Shown: positions 17,423-26,529 of the stretch, one piece after another
Position numbering within the stretch: the stretch's first letter is position 1
Layout: each line of letters opens with the position of its first letter
Source: Candidatus Saccharimonas sp.
GTDB lineage: Bacteria; Patescibacteriota; Saccharimonadia; Saccharimonadales; Saccharimonadaceae
Assembly: GCA_015256915.3 (NCBI GenBank)
Contig: CP076101.2
Location: 390,001 to 422,000 of the forward strand
Direction: 5' to 3'
Length of the DNA: 32,000 bases
Notes under the pieces: generated by a model
The model's input: only the letters and a program-made list of their open reading frames with translations
Database searches by the model: none
Told to the model about the DNA's origin: nothing
Made by a program: the position numbers and the translations under genes

Positions 17423-17450
17423 AAATCGCTCAAATTTGATTGAGCGATTT
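17423..17450. terminator. Bidirectional terminator between tyrS and the YtxH-like gene
   Basis: AAATCGCTCAA (17423-17433) pairs with TTGAGCGATTT (17440-17450) around a 6-nt loop. Confidence 0.75.
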
Positions 17451-17457
17451 TCTATAA

Positions 17458-17796
17458 TTAAACTTTCTTTTCAAAACCTTTTTTAGCACCTTCGAAAGTA
17501 TTTAGGGCGCGTTTTTGAATTTTACCAGCTTCTTTTTTTGCATTTTCTACAACTTCACCAGTTTTACTTTTAGCGCCTTCGGCAAATTCAGTAACTTTTT
17601 CTTTAGTTTCTTCAACGAATTCACCTGCGTTTTCAGCAACTTCACCGGTTTTTTGAGTGGCTACATCAGCAACTTTTTTAGCTTTTAATTTTAAATCTTT
17701 TCGAGTTTCTTCACCACTTTTAGGAGCAGTTAAAATTCCAGCAACTGCGCCAACTAAAGCACCAACAGCTAATCCTAGTCCAAATTTTTTACTCAT
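17458..17796 (-). CDS. YtxH-like general-stress-type protein (N-terminal Gly-zipper TM, Lys/Glu-rich helical tail)
   Basis: 112 aa. GLGLAVGALVGAVAGILTAPKSGEETRKDLK matches the YtxH-domain signature as I remember it. The start overlaps the upstream stop (TAATG). Confidence 0.7.
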   Translation of the reverse strand: MSKKFGLGLAVGALVGAVAGILTAPKSGEETRKDLKLKAKKVADVATQKTGEVAENAGEFVEETKEKVTEFAEGAKSKTGEVVENAKKEAGKIQKRALNTFEGAKKGFEKKV

Positions 17797-18053
17797 TATT
17801 TTTTCTCCTTTTTAGTTTTAAATTTATTAAAAATGTCAAAAATTGTTTTTCCGATAATTATCGGTGAAGTCACCTGAGCGACATTTTGTGCGATTCCATC
17901 AATACTTGCTGTTATATTTTGCATTTTTTCTGCAACATCACCAATTTGGCGAGTTACACGAATTACTAGAATAAAAGTAACAATTCCAAGCGTGATGAAA
18001 ACTGCAAGAGCTATAGAAAGAAAAACAACTAATATTTCTGCAGCCGAGCTCAT
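17796..18053 (-). CDS. Small membrane protein, DUF948-like (partner of YtxH-type proteins in Firmicutes)
   Basis: 85 aa. N-terminal TM ILVVFLSIALAVFITLGIVTFILVI followed by a helical region. AAGGAG SD. Confidence 0.55.
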   Translation of the reverse strand: MSSAAEILVVFLSIALAVFITLGIVTFILVIRVTRQIGDVAEKMQNITASIDGIAQNVAQVTSPIIIGKTIFDIFNKFKTKKEKK

Positions 18054-18113
18054 TCTTCTCCTTTTTATTTTTTTATTTTATTTATTTTTTGATTTTATTC
18101 AAATCTATTTTGT

Positions 18114-18142
18114 ATTTTACCATAAAATAATTCTTATGTCAA
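18114..18142 (-). promoter_or_regulatory. Putative promoter of the DUF948-like/YtxH-like pair
   Basis: TTGACA (18142..18137) - 17 nt - TAAAAT (18119..18114), preceded by TGG. The leader is ~55 nt and AT-rich. Confidence 0.5.
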
Positions 18143-18159
18143 TAGTTTTTTGAAAAAAT

Positions 18160-18534
18160 CTAAAAATATCCCGACACAATCTTGTTTACTTGAGTTCGAA
18201 TATCCAATGAAGAATATCCATTTATAGTAAAATAATAGAGATTTCCATCGAGCATTTCAATCTCAATTCGACAAGATTTTTTCTGCCAATTTTTTGGGCG
18301 ACCAAAAGCTAACATCCCTAAAAATAGAATTCGAAAAATTCCCGGCTGATAAACTTCGTCAGCAGCATCAATAAAATCAATTGATGCAATTTCGGTAGCA
18401 TTCAAATGAAATTCAAGCGGACGAGACAGTGCGAAATCTTCATAGAATTCTACCCCGCTAGCTGAAAAAATCAAACTACCAGAAATATTTTTATCGCCAT
18501 TAAAATTAGCTTGAAATTCAAACTTTTCTTCCAC
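18160..18534 (-). CDS. Hypothetical 124-aa protein abutting gatB (possibly PH/GRAM-like beta fold; unrecognised)
   Basis: The GTG start at 18534 immediately follows the gatB TAA (TAAGTG). No TM segment or signal peptide. The first in-frame ATG is far downstream (residue ~74). Confidence 0.45.
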   Translation of the reverse strand: MEEKFEFQANFNGDKNISGSLIFSASGVEFYEDFALSRPLEFHLNATEIASIDFIDAADEVYQPGIFRILFLGMLAFGRPKNWQKKSCRIEIEMLDGNLYYFTINGYSSLDIRTQVNKIVSGYF

Positions 18535-20052
18535 TTACAACCTTTCGCGAATCAATTTTTGCGCCAAAGCCGGATTTGCCTTACCTTGCGATTTTTTCAT
18601 AATCTGACCAACCAAAAAGCCAATTGCTTTATCGTTGCCACTTCGAATATCCTCAATCGCTTTTTGCGAAGCCACATCACTCATTACTTCATCAACAATT
18701 TTCGCAATTTCGCCTTCATCAGAAACTTGGAGAAGATTCATATTCTCAGCGATTTTTTCTGGCATGAATCCTAAATTATCATCATCAAACATCGCCAAGA
18801 AAATTTGATGACCGCCATTTGAACTAACTTTTTTCTCATGAACCAAATGAGCGAGAAGAGCTAGTCTACGAGGACCAAGATAACCTTTGTAGAGTTTCTC
18901 TAAATCAAGCTCTTCGCTTGGAGTTGAAGCAAACCAGTTGAAAATTCGCTTCATGTTTTCTTTATGCTCTTCAAGAGTGTAGCCCTCGATTTCTGCAGAA
19001 TTATAGAGTTCAATTTGAGATTTTTCCCAAGGACCATCACCCCAAGTTGCAAGGAGTAGTTCAGCGATTCGATAATCGCTCAAGGCGTACTCAACCACAG
19101 AGCTATCAAGCTCGAAAACACTAAATTTTTCACGGAAATAATCTGGCATAATTGGAAATTGTGCTTGCATTTTCAAAATTTCTTCATCATTCAAAACAAT
19201 CGGTGGAATATCTGGATCAGGCATATATCGGTAATCTTGAGCCTCTTCTTTGCTTCGTTGCGAAACTGTTTTTTGCTCGTCGTCAATCCAACCACGAGTC
19301 TCCTGCTTAATTTTTTCACCTTTTTCAAGCAATCTCACTTGGCGTTCAAATTCATATTGAGCCGCTCGTTCAACACTTCGAAAACTATTTAAATTCTTAA
19401 TTTCAGTTCGCGTTCCAAGCTTTTCATCACCGATTTTTCGCGCTGAGATATTCACATCAAAACGCATATTCCCTTGATATAAATCACCATTTGTAACATC
19501 TGCAAAAACCATTCGCTTATGAAGCTCTTCAGCATAAGCGCGCGCCTCTTCAGCCGAATGAATATCAGGCATTGACACAATTTCGATTAGAGGTGTTCCG
19601 GCTCGATTCAAATCAACTAAAGAATGATCACCAAAATGAGTGAGTTTTCCAGCATCTTCTTCGAGATGAGCATGCTCAATTCGAACTTTTACTTCACCGC
19701 CGCTAGGAAGTGGTGCAATAATCTCACCCTCACCAATAATCGGCTGATAAAGCTGTGAAGTTTGATAACCTTTTGGTAGGTCTGGATAAAAATAGTGTTT
19801 TCGATCAAAACGACTCACATTGGCAATTTTTGCGTTCAGCGCTTTTCCAGCTCGTACGGCTAGACGGACCGCCTCTTTATTTAAAACTGGCAACATTCCA
19901 GGCAAACCAAAATCAATTGGCGAAGTTGCTTCATTTGGTAATTTTTCTCGTGAATCGTTATCACTTCCACTAAAAAGCTTGGTTTTAGTTTTTAGCTGAA
20001 CATGACATTCAATCCCAATTGTCATTTCATATTTTTTAAAAATATCTTCCAT
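18535..20052 (-). CDS. gatB: Asp-tRNA(Asn)/Glu-tRNA(Gln) amidotransferase subunit B
   Basis: 505 aa. N-terminal YEMTIGIECHVQLKTKTKLF, GLPGMLPVLN, and a C-terminal GatB/YqeY-like tail. Confidence 0.95.
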   Translation of the reverse strand: MEDIFKKYEMTIGIECHVQLKTKTKLFSGSDNDSREKLPNEATSPIDFGLPGMLPVLNKEAVRLAVRAGKALNAKIANVSRFDRKHYFYPDLPKGYQTSQLYQPIIGEGEIIAPLPSGGEVKVRIEHAHLEEDAGKLTHFGDHSLVDLNRAGTPLIEIVSMPDIHSAEEARAYAEELHKRMVFADVTNGDLYQGNMRFDVNISARKIGDEKLGTRTEIKNLNSFRSVERAAQYEFERQVRLLEKGEKIKQETRGWIDDEQKTVSQRSKEEAQDYRYMPDPDIPPIVLNDEEILKMQAQFPIMPDYFREKFSVFELDSSVVEYALSDYRIAELLLATWGDGPWEKSQIELYNSAEIEGYTLEEHKENMKRIFNWFASTPSEELDLEKLYKGYLGPRRLALLAHLVHEKKVSSNGGHQIFLAMFDDDNLGFMPEKIAENMNLLQVSDEGEIAKIVDEVMSDVASQKAIEDIRSGNDKAIGFLVGQIMKKSQGKANPALAQKLIRERL

Positions 20053-20465
20053 TAAATTGCTCCTAAATCTTTCAAAGCTTGTTTAAAACTATTCATCGCT
20101 CGGCGAGTTTGGTCGAAATTAATTTGTGCGTCATTCTCATGAGCGACTACATTTCGAAGTTTGTGGGCGTGCCAAATTGAATTCGGGCTTGAAAATTTAT
20201 CTTTCGAATTTTTCAGCCGCTCGCCCATCGTTTGACCAGAAATTTGAAGCTCCCGCATCGCCGTATCAACAAGTTTATCGGCATTAATTAAAGCCAAGTG
20301 CCAAGTTGCAGGTTCATCTTTTTTAATCGAATTTTCTATTTTTAGCCAATCACCCTGAAACTTTAATTTATCAAGTTGTATTTTTTCAGTTTTTGTAATT
20401 CCGATAAAGAAAAACAAAAGACCAGCGCAAATCAAAATAGAAACCGAAAGAATGACTAGATCCAT
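20052..20465 (-). CDS. Membrane-anchored protein with HEPN-like Rx4H motif, inserted between gatA and gatB
   Basis: 137 aa. TM segment LVILSVSILICAGLLFFFIGI, then a helical domain ending in WHAHKLRNVVAHE (R-x4-H). TAATG overlaps with both gatA and gatB. Confidence 0.6.
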   Translation of the reverse strand: MDLVILSVSILICAGLLFFFIGITKTEKIQLDKLKFQGDWLKIENSIKKDEPATWHLALINADKLVDTAMRELQISGQTMGERLKNSKDKFSSPNSIWHAHKLRNVVAHENDAQINFDQTRRAMNSFKQALKDLGAI

Positions 20466-21865
20466 TAGTTTTTCTCCAATTCGTCAGCCAAAGCCAGAAT
20501 TTTTGCGTCCGATTTCATCTTTCCAATAATTTGCACACCAACAGGTAGACCATTTTCAGTTTTACCAGCCGGAACAGAAACAGCAGGAAGTCCAGCAAGT
20601 GAAGCTGGTACGCTCAAGATATCAGCTAGATACATTTTTACTGGGTCATGAGCATTTTCACCAATTTTAAACGCAGGGGTTGGCGCAACAGGGCCAACCA
20701 AAAAATCAACTTCTTCGAAAAGCTTATTAAATTCGTCGATCAAAAGAGTGCGAGCTTTTTGTGCTTTCAAATAATAAGCATCATAAAATCCACTTGACAA
20801 AACATATGAGCCAATCATGATTCGGCGTTTATTTTCAGCTTCAAAACCTTCATCGCGAGACTTACCAAAAACCTCACCCAAGTCTTGAGCATTTTCTGAA
20901 CGTAAGCCATAGCGAATTCCATCATATCGCGCTAAGTTTGAAGAAACCTCAGCTGGAACAATAATATAATAGATAGCGAGCGAATACTTACTCATCGGTA
21001 GAGAAACCTCCACAATCTCGTGCCCAGCTTTTCGCATTTTATCAATATAATCTTCAGTTATTTTTCGAACTTCCGAGTCAACCCCTTCACTAAGGAATTC
21101 TTTAACTACTCCAATTTTTGCCTTTTTTGAAACTTGCTCTTCTTGCCAAAAATCAGGCAAAGTCATTGCATCACGCGCGTCAAGACCAGCCATAATGCGC
21201 ATTACAAGGTCACTTTCTTTAGCAGTTTTTGCAAAAACACCAACCGTATCAGTTGAAGAAGCCATTGCTACTACACCAAATCGTGAAACCGTACCATAAG
21301 TTGGCTTTATACCATATACACCGTTAAAGCTTGCCGGCTGACGAATTGAACCGCCAGTATCAGTTCCAAGCGCAAAAGGCACGATGTTAAGAGCCGTAAT
21401 TACCGCCGAACCACCAGATGAACCACCTGCAACTCGAGTTTCATCAATTGAGTTTTTAGTTACACCAAAAGCTGAGTTCTCGGTCGATCCACCGTGAGCA
21501 AAAGCGTCTAAGTTTGATTTTCCAATACAAATCGCACCAGCTTTTTCAAGTTTTTCAATCGCAGTAGCCTGAATTGGTGTTTCGAAATCTTTCAACATTT
21601 TACTCGAAGCCGTCGAAGGTGAACCAAACACCAAAAAATTATCCTTCGCCACAAAAGGAACACCTGCAAGCTCACCAACTTCTTTACCTTTTGAAATCTT
21701 ATCATCAATTTCTTGCGCTCGTGCTAAAGCTCGCTCTTCGGTCAAGCTCGTAAAAGCATTGAATTTTTCAGTATTTTTTGCCTTCGAAATAGCTTCTTTA
21801 ACAAAATCAACTGCAGTCTTCTTTCCAGATAGAACTTGTTCTCTAATTTCAAAAATATTCGTCAT
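20465..21865 (-). CDS. gatA: Glu-tRNA(Gln)/Asp-tRNA(Asn) amidotransferase subunit A
   Basis: 466 aa. Amidase signature GGSSGGSAV and GTDTGGSIRQPA. AGGAG SD. Confidence 0.95.
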   Translation of the reverse strand: MTNIFEIREQVLSGKKTAVDFVKEAISKAKNTEKFNAFTSLTEERALARAQEIDDKISKGKEVGELAGVPFVAKDNFLVFGSPSTASSKMLKDFETPIQATAIEKLEKAGAICIGKSNLDAFAHGGSTENSAFGVTKNSIDETRVAGGSSGGSAVITALNIVPFALGTDTGGSIRQPASFNGVYGIKPTYGTVSRFGVVAMASSTDTVGVFAKTAKESDLVMRIMAGLDARDAMTLPDFWQEEQVSKKAKIGVVKEFLSEGVDSEVRKITEDYIDKMRKAGHEIVEVSLPMSKYSLAIYYIIVPAEVSSNLARYDGIRYGLRSENAQDLGEVFGKSRDEGFEAENKRRIMIGSYVLSSGFYDAYYLKAQKARTLLIDEFNKLFEEVDFLVGPVAPTPAFKIGENAHDPVKMYLADILSVPASLAGLPAVSVPAGKTENGLPVGVQIIGKMKSDAKILALADELEKN

Positions 21866-21872
21866 AATTCTC

Positions 21873-22166
21873 CTACAAAACCTTTGGGACTTTTACCTGA
21901 TTATCTTCAACATTCTCACCCGCCAACTTTAAAAGCTCATCTCGTTTTACACCATAATCATCAATTTCATCTTCTCGCCAAACATTTTGATTTTTCGAAA
22001 CCGAATAAGTTGGTTTAACGCCATCTGTATTTAATTGGCTAAGTTGCTCAATATATTCAACAATATTTCCCAAATCAGTTTGAAGATTCGAAATTTCTTC
22101 TTCACTTAGCGAAATACTAGAAAGCTCCGCCAAGTGTTTAACTTCGTCTTTTGATATTTTTTCCAT
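21873..22166 (-). CDS. gatC: Amidotransferase subunit C
   Basis: 97 aa. The size, its position directly upstream of gatA, and the LAELSSISLSEEEISNLQTDLGNIVEYIEQL pattern fit GatC. Confidence 0.85.
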   Translation of the reverse strand: MEKISKDEVKHLAELSSISLSEEEISNLQTDLGNIVEYIEQLSQLNTDGVKPTYSVSKNQNVWREDEIDDYGVKRDELLKLAGENVEDNQVKVPKVL

Positions 22167-22173
22167 ACACTTA

Positions 22174-22202
22174 AGTATATCACTTTTCGAAAAATTTTTA
22201 AA
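22174..22202 (-). promoter_or_regulatory. Possible gatC promoter, leaderless configuration
   Basis: TTTAAA (22202..22197) - 17 nt - TATACT (22179..22174), then 7 nt before ATG 22166, with no SD. Confidence 0.35.
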
Positions 22203-22203
22203 G

Positions 22204-22226
22204 TAAAAACTCCCAAAAACTGGAAG
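22204..22226 (-). terminator. Weak hairpin plus T-run downstream of the 69-aa ORF
   Basis: Minus-strand RNA CUUCCA-GUUUU-UGGGAG (one G.U pair), followed by UUUUUA. Confidence 0.35.
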
Positions 22227-22235
22227 TCTCTAAGT

Positions 22236-22445
22236 TTATTTTTTCTTAAGTTTTTCGATTCGTTGATTTAGCTCGTTTATTAAATTCATTTGATTTACAT
22301 TAATTTCACCCGAACTCTTAATATCGTTATTAATTCTTTGGTGAAGAAAAATTACTTCAGTCGAAAGAATTAAATTCCAAACAACAAACAGAATAACTAC
22401 AACTATCTTAAGGAAACTCTTGTCTTTTTTGCTAATAAATTTCAT
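22236..22445 (-). CDS. Small hypothetical membrane protein with C-terminal coiled-coil-like tail
   Basis: 69 aa. TM segment FLKIVVVILFVVWNLILSTEVIFL. AGGAG SD. The ATG lies 7 nt after the uvrB stop. Confidence 0.5.
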   Translation of the reverse strand: MKFISKKDKSFLKIVVVILFVVWNLILSTEVIFLHQRINNDIKSSGEINVNQMNLINELNQRIEKLKKK

Positions 22446-22452
22446 GAATCTC

Positions 22453-24429
22453 CTATTTCACCATCTTTTTCCGAATATCCGCAATCTGATCTCGCAAATC
22501 CGCCGCCTCCTCAAAAAGCAAATTCGCGCTAGCAAGATTCATTTGATTTGTTAAATCTCGCACCAAATTTTCCCACTCTTCACGAGGAATTTTCCTTAAA
22601 TCCAATTTTGGTTTTTTATCTTTTTGCGGAATGATCGCACGCAAACCTTCACCAATCTCACTAGCCACACTTTTTGGCGTAATTCCATTTTTGAAATTAT
22701 ATTCTTGTTGAATTTCTCGCCGCCGATTTGTTTCATCAATTGCGATCTTCATTGAGCGTGTAATTTTATCAGCATACATAATCACATTGCCGTCTTCGTG
22801 CCGAGCTGCCCGCCCAATTGTTTGAATCAACGCACTTTCTGAACGCAAAAAACCTTCTTTATCAGCATCCATAATTGCTACCAATGAAACTTCTGGCAAG
22901 TCCAGCCCTTCACGCAAAAGATTAATTCCTACCAAAACATCATAAACGCCGCTGCGCAAATCACGCAAAATATCACCACGCTCCAACGTGTCAATTTCGC
23001 TATGAATATATGCTGTTTTCACACCATTTTCTTCTAAAAATCCGCTCAAATCTTCAGCCATTCGCTTGGTTAAAGTTGTTACTAAAACACGCTGGTTCTT
23101 CTGAATTCGCTTTCGAATTTCTTCCATCAAATCATCAACTTGACCTTCAATTTTTCGAACTTCAATTTTAGGATCAAGCAAACCTGTTGGGCGAATTACC
23201 TGCTGAGCTGGTTTTGGCGAATGTTCGAGTTCAAAATCACCAGGAGTTGCTGAAACATAAATCGCCTGATTGATATGTTTATAGAATTCTTCGAAAGTTA
23301 GCGGCCGATTGTCTAGTGCTGACGGTAAACGAAAGCCATTATCCACTAAAACTGTTTTGCGAGCACGGTCACCATTAAACATTCCACGAACTTGTGGTAA
23401 AGTCATATGAGATTCATCAACTAAAAGCAAAAAATCATCAGGAAAATAATCAAGCAAAGTTGCCGGCTGCTCACCAGCTGAACGCTCAGTTAAATAACGC
23501 GTGTAATTTTCAATACCTTTAACAAAACCAGTTTCACGGAGCATTTCAAGATCATATTTAGTGCGCTGTGTTAGGCGTTGAGCTTCCAAAAACTTCTTAT
23601 TTTTTTCGAAATATTCATGGCGTGCATAAAATTCCTTCTCAATTTGCGGAATTGCACTCTCAATAATTTCCTTTGGTGTAGCATAATGTGAATTTGGGAA
23701 AATATCAAAAAACTGTGGCTTTTCTAGAATTTCGCCCGTAAGTGGATTCAATATAATTAAGCGGTCAATTTCATCGCCGAAAAATTCCACTCGCACTGCC
23801 AGATCTGAGCCAGCCGTAAAAATATCAACCGTATCGCCACGAACCCGAAAAGTTCCACGTGCAAAATCTACATCATTTCGCTCATATTGAATATCTTTTA
23901 GATGTCGCAAAAACTTCTCTCGGTTATATCGCATTCCAGGCTTAATATGAAGCGCCATTTGCATATAACTCGCCGGCGAACCGATACCATAAATACAGCT
24001 CACACTCGAAACAATAATTGTGTCACTTCGAGTTAAAAGCGCCTCGGTTGCGGCGTGCCTAAGTTTCTCGATTTCTTCATTAATTCGCGAATCTTTCTCG
24101 ATGTATGTATCTGTGCTGGCAATATAAGCTTCGGGCTGATAATAATCAAAATAGCTCACAAAATAATGAACTTCATTTTCAGGAAAAAACTTTTTAAATT
24201 CACTGTAAAGCTGTGCGGCAAGAGTTTTATTATGCGCCAAAATTAAAGTCGGCTTTTGAACTGCTTGAATAATATTCGCCATTGTAAAAGTTTTACCCGA
24301 ACCAGTCACACCAAGCAAAGTTTGCTCACGCTCACCTTTTTTCAAACCGTCAACTAATTGCGAAATTGCTTGGGGCTGATCTCCAGTGGGATGATATTTT
24401 GATTTTAATTTAAACTCGCGATATTTCAT
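22453..24429 (-). CDS. uvrB: Excinuclease ABC subunit B
   Basis: The track ORF is trimmed to ATG 24429 ([22 protein letters not shown], the canonical UvrB N-terminus). Walker [13 protein letters not shown] box (LLVDESHMT), and a C-terminal UVR motif [16 protein letters not shown]. Confidence 0.95.
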   Translation of the reverse strand: MKYREFKLKSKYHPTGDQPQAISQLVDGLKKGEREQTLLGVTGSGKTFTMANIIQAVQKPTLILAHNKTLAAQLYSEFKKFFPENEVHYFVSYFDYYQPEAYIASTDTYIEKDSRINEEIEKLRHAATEALLTRSDTIIVSSVSCIYGIGSPASYMQMALHIKPGMRYNREKFLRHLKDIQYERNDVDFARGTFRVRGDTVDIFTAGSDLAVRVEFFGDEIDRLIILNPLTGEILEKPQFFDIFPNSHYATPKEIIESAIPQIEKEFYARHEYFEKNKKFLEAQRLTQRTKYDLEMLRETGFVKGIENYTRYLTERSAGEQPATLLDYFPDDFLLLVDESHMTLPQVRGMFNGDRARKTVLVDNGFRLPSALDNRPLTFEEFYKHINQAIYVSATPGDFELEHSPKPAQQVIRPTGLLDPKIEVRKIEGQVDDLMEEIRKRIQKNQRVLVTTLTKRMAEDLSGFLEENGVKTAYIHSEIDTLERGDILRDLRSGVYDVLVGINLLREGLDLPEVSLVAIMDADKEGFLRSESALIQTIGRAARHEDGNVIMYADKITRSMKIAIDETNRRREIQQEYNFKNGITPKSVASEIGEGLRAIIPQKDKKPKLDLRKIPREEWENLVRDLTNQMNLASANLLFEEAADLRDQIADIRKKMVK

Positions 24430-24438
24430 TATTTCTAT

Positions 24439-24447
24439 TTTATAACA
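24439..24447 (-). promoter_or_regulatory. Extended -10 element upstream of uvrB, near-leaderless
   Basis: TGTTATAAA (24447..24439), then 9 nt before ATG 24429, with no SD. Confidence 0.4.
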
Positions 24448-24457
24448 TATTTTGTTA

Positions 24458-24486
24458 AAAAGCAAAACCGCCCAAATTGAGCGGTT
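24458..24486 (-). terminator. Terminator of the gap...LOG operon
   Basis: Minus-strand RNA AACCGC-(9-nt loop)-GCGGUU, followed by UUGCUUUU. Confidence 0.55.
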
Positions 24487-24490
24487 GGCC

Positions 24491-25099
24491 TTATCCATTT
24501 CCAGCACGTTTTTCTGAAAGATGTTCATCATCTTGTGGTGCAATAAAATCTGCATTTTTTTCATCTAGTCGTGCAATCACTTTTCGAACGAGCCGTTCCG
24601 GGTTATTATCATAAATGATATCTTTCGTTCCTGGCGCTTCAACATTTTGAAGAAGTGTTGGAACATAATCTGCTAAAGCAGTGCTTCCGAGCAAAACACC
24701 ACAAACCTTGCGAGATTCTAAAGCAGTCGCAAGTTCATGAAGCGAGCCCATTCGACCACCAACCGTAATCACCGCATCACTCGAAAGAACCAAATGTGTA
24801 TCACGCCCAACATAACTCATTCCCGTAAAATTAATATAATCAAAAGGCTTAAACGGTAATTTATAAGTATTTACATGCTGCCGAAAACTTGAAGCCGGCG
24901 AAAAACCAATACTTAATCCCGTTCGCCCCTTAACGCTCACTGCGCCCAAAGCTGCGTGGTGCGGTAGGCCAACCGTTGCACCAGTTGTTAGAATTTTCCC
25001 CTGCCGAACAATTTCTTGCCCGAGCCTAAAAGCTAAATCTCGTGAAGCTAAAACACTATCACCCGTTGCCGCTCCCGAAACACAAATTTGATATCTCAT
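24491..25099 (-). CDS. LOG/TIGR00725-like Rossmann-fold protein (putative nucleotide 5'-monophosphate nucleosidase family)
   Basis: 202 aa. [10 protein letters not shown]-terminal glycine-rich strand, and [14 protein letters not shown] resembling the LOG PGGxGTxxE motif. AAGGAG SD. Confidence 0.65.
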   Translation of the reverse strand: MRYQICVSGAATGDSVLASRDLAFRLGQEIVRQGKILTTGATVGLPHHAALGAVSVKGRTGLSIGFSPASSFRQHVNTYKLPFKPFDYINFTGMSYVGRDTHLVLSSDAVITVGGRMGSLHELATALESRKVCGVLLGSTALADYVPTLLQNVEAPGTKDIIYDNNPERLVRKVIARLDEKNADFIAPQDDEHLSEKRAGNG

Positions 25100-25109
25100 T
25101 TTTCTCCTT

Positions 25110-25562
25110 TTAAAATAATTTTTCTTCTATTTGCTTGATTGAATAATTTGAAAATTCCTGCTGATATTTTTCAAGAATTTGTTGTTTTAATTCTTTTTCG
25201 AAAAAAGTTTTTGAATGTCCAGCCAAATTCATTATTCTTTTATTTTTTTCAACATCTTTTTTGTTTGCTGAAACCAAACCATCTTCCGCGAAAAATATTG
25301 CATTGCCAAATTCAGCCCAAAATTCTTCATCATTCAGATGATTAACTAAAGCCGAAAAAGCTTCAATCATCAAAATACTATCACCAGAAAACCCCAGCCT
25401 TTTCTCAATATTATGTGATTTTCGATACAACTCCGCCATAATTTGAGCTGAAACACTCTTTAATTCTGGTTTTTTAGCTTCCATTTTCGAAACACCAAAA
25501 TCAAATTTTCTTGCATAAGCACCACTCAATCCGAGTAATTCCGAGAGTTTATAACTTCTCAT
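25110..25562 (-). CDS. Hypothetical 150-aa protein (unrecognised; N-terminus faintly HTH-like)
   Basis: The ATG overlaps the pfkB-kinase stop (ATGA). No TM segment. It is embedded in the operon between the kinase and LOG-like genes. Confidence 0.5.
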   Translation of the reverse strand: MRSYKLSELLGLSGAYARKFDFGVSKMEAKKPELKSVSAQIMAELYRKSHNIEKRLGFSGDSILMIEAFSALVNHLNDEEFWAEFGNAIFFAEDGLVSANKKDVEKNKRIMNLAGHSKTFFEKELKQQILEKYQQEFSNYSIKQIEEKLF

Positions 25563-26527
25563 AACCGAATCTCCTGCATTGGCATTGAATGAAGCTTGGT
25601 ATTTTTATACAAAATCCCTTTTTTTGCGCCCATGTATTGAATTACTGATGTTGAATTTGCACTAGCGAATAAAATACTTTCTTTAATATCAGCGCCCTGA
25701 GCCCACTGGCTCACAAAGCCTGAACCAAACGCATCACCAGCACCAGTCCTATCTATTGACGGTACGTCTTCATACATTCCAGCACGAATAATTTTGCCAT
25801 CAGAAGCTGCCCAAACACCATTCGCTCCATCTGTTAAAATTGCAACTTCCACAAAACTACAAGCATTTCGAACCAGCTCTTCAGCAGAAACTCCCTCAAA
25901 AATTAAACTTGCTTCCTCTTTGTTTACAATTAAAACTTCGACATCTTGAAGTAAAGTTCGAACTTTTTCAGGCTCTTGGAGTTCTTTCTTGCCAGGGTTC
26001 CATGCTATTCTTGCGCCTTTTTTTATAGCTTCTTTAAAAATTTTTAGGAGTGCATCAAATCTGCCAGATAAGTTCGAAACATAAACCCAATCGAATTCAC
26101 CATATTTTAGTTCAAAATTTTCAGCGTAAATATGTTCCGAGGCACCACGATAAGTTAAAATTGTTCGTTCACCATTTGGCGCTAAAATAATAGTTGAATA
26201 GTCTGTATTAAATCTTTTCGAAAATTCAACACGCGAAGTGTCAATAGATTCTTCATCAAGCATTTTTAAAATTTGTTCGCCCGAAGAATCCTCTCCAACC
26301 ACACCCATAAAACTTGAAATCAAACCTTGCCTCGCAAAAGTTGTTGCAGCATTAGTAGCGCCACCACCACTCGAAATATCAATATTTTGAATATCAATTT
26401 TTGAACCAAGCTGGAATTCAACTACATCTTGGTTTTCCGCCATTGAAATCAAACGAAATTCAGGCGAATTACTCAAAAAAACATCCTGAGTAGCCGCTCC
26501 AATTGATAGAATTTTTGGCAAATTCAC
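25559..26527 (-). CDS. pfkB-family carbohydrate/nucleoside kinase (ribokinase-like)
   Basis: 322 aa. GG motif SSGGGATNAA and pfkB signature DRTGAGDAFGSGF. GTG start 2 nt after the rpe stop, with AAGGGG upstream. Confidence 0.85.
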   Translation of the reverse strand: MNLPKILSIGAATQDVFLSNSPEFRLISMAENQDVVEFQLGSKIDIQNIDISSGGGATNAATTFARQGLISSFMGVVGEDSSGEQILKMLDEESIDTSRVEFSKRFNTDYSTIILAPNGERTILTYRGASEHIYAENFELKYGEFDWVYVSNLSGRFDALLKIFKEAIKKGARIAWNPGKKELQEPEKVRTLLQDVEVLIVNKEEASLIFEGVSAEELVRNACSFVEVAILTDGANGVWAASDGKIIRAGMYEDVPSIDRTGAGDAFGSGFVSQWAQGADIKESILFASANSTSVIQYMGAKKGILYKNTKLHSMPMQEIRL

Positions 26528-26529
26528 TT

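Noticed and set aside
3271-17450. Shared arms of two terminators (AAAATCGC..GAGCGATTTT at 3271 and 17423) as a dispersed repeat family
   Set aside because: The similarity is limited to about 8-10 nt arms of the generic A-tract/GC-stem/T-tract design, and the loops and flanks differ. It is most simply explained as convergent terminator structure.
24430-24564. 45-codon N-terminal extension of the uvrB ORF
   Set aside because: It would overlap the 3' end of the LOG-like gene and its terminator. The canonical UvrB N-terminus (MKYREFKL...HPTGDQP) starts at ATG 24429, directly downstream of an extended -10 element.
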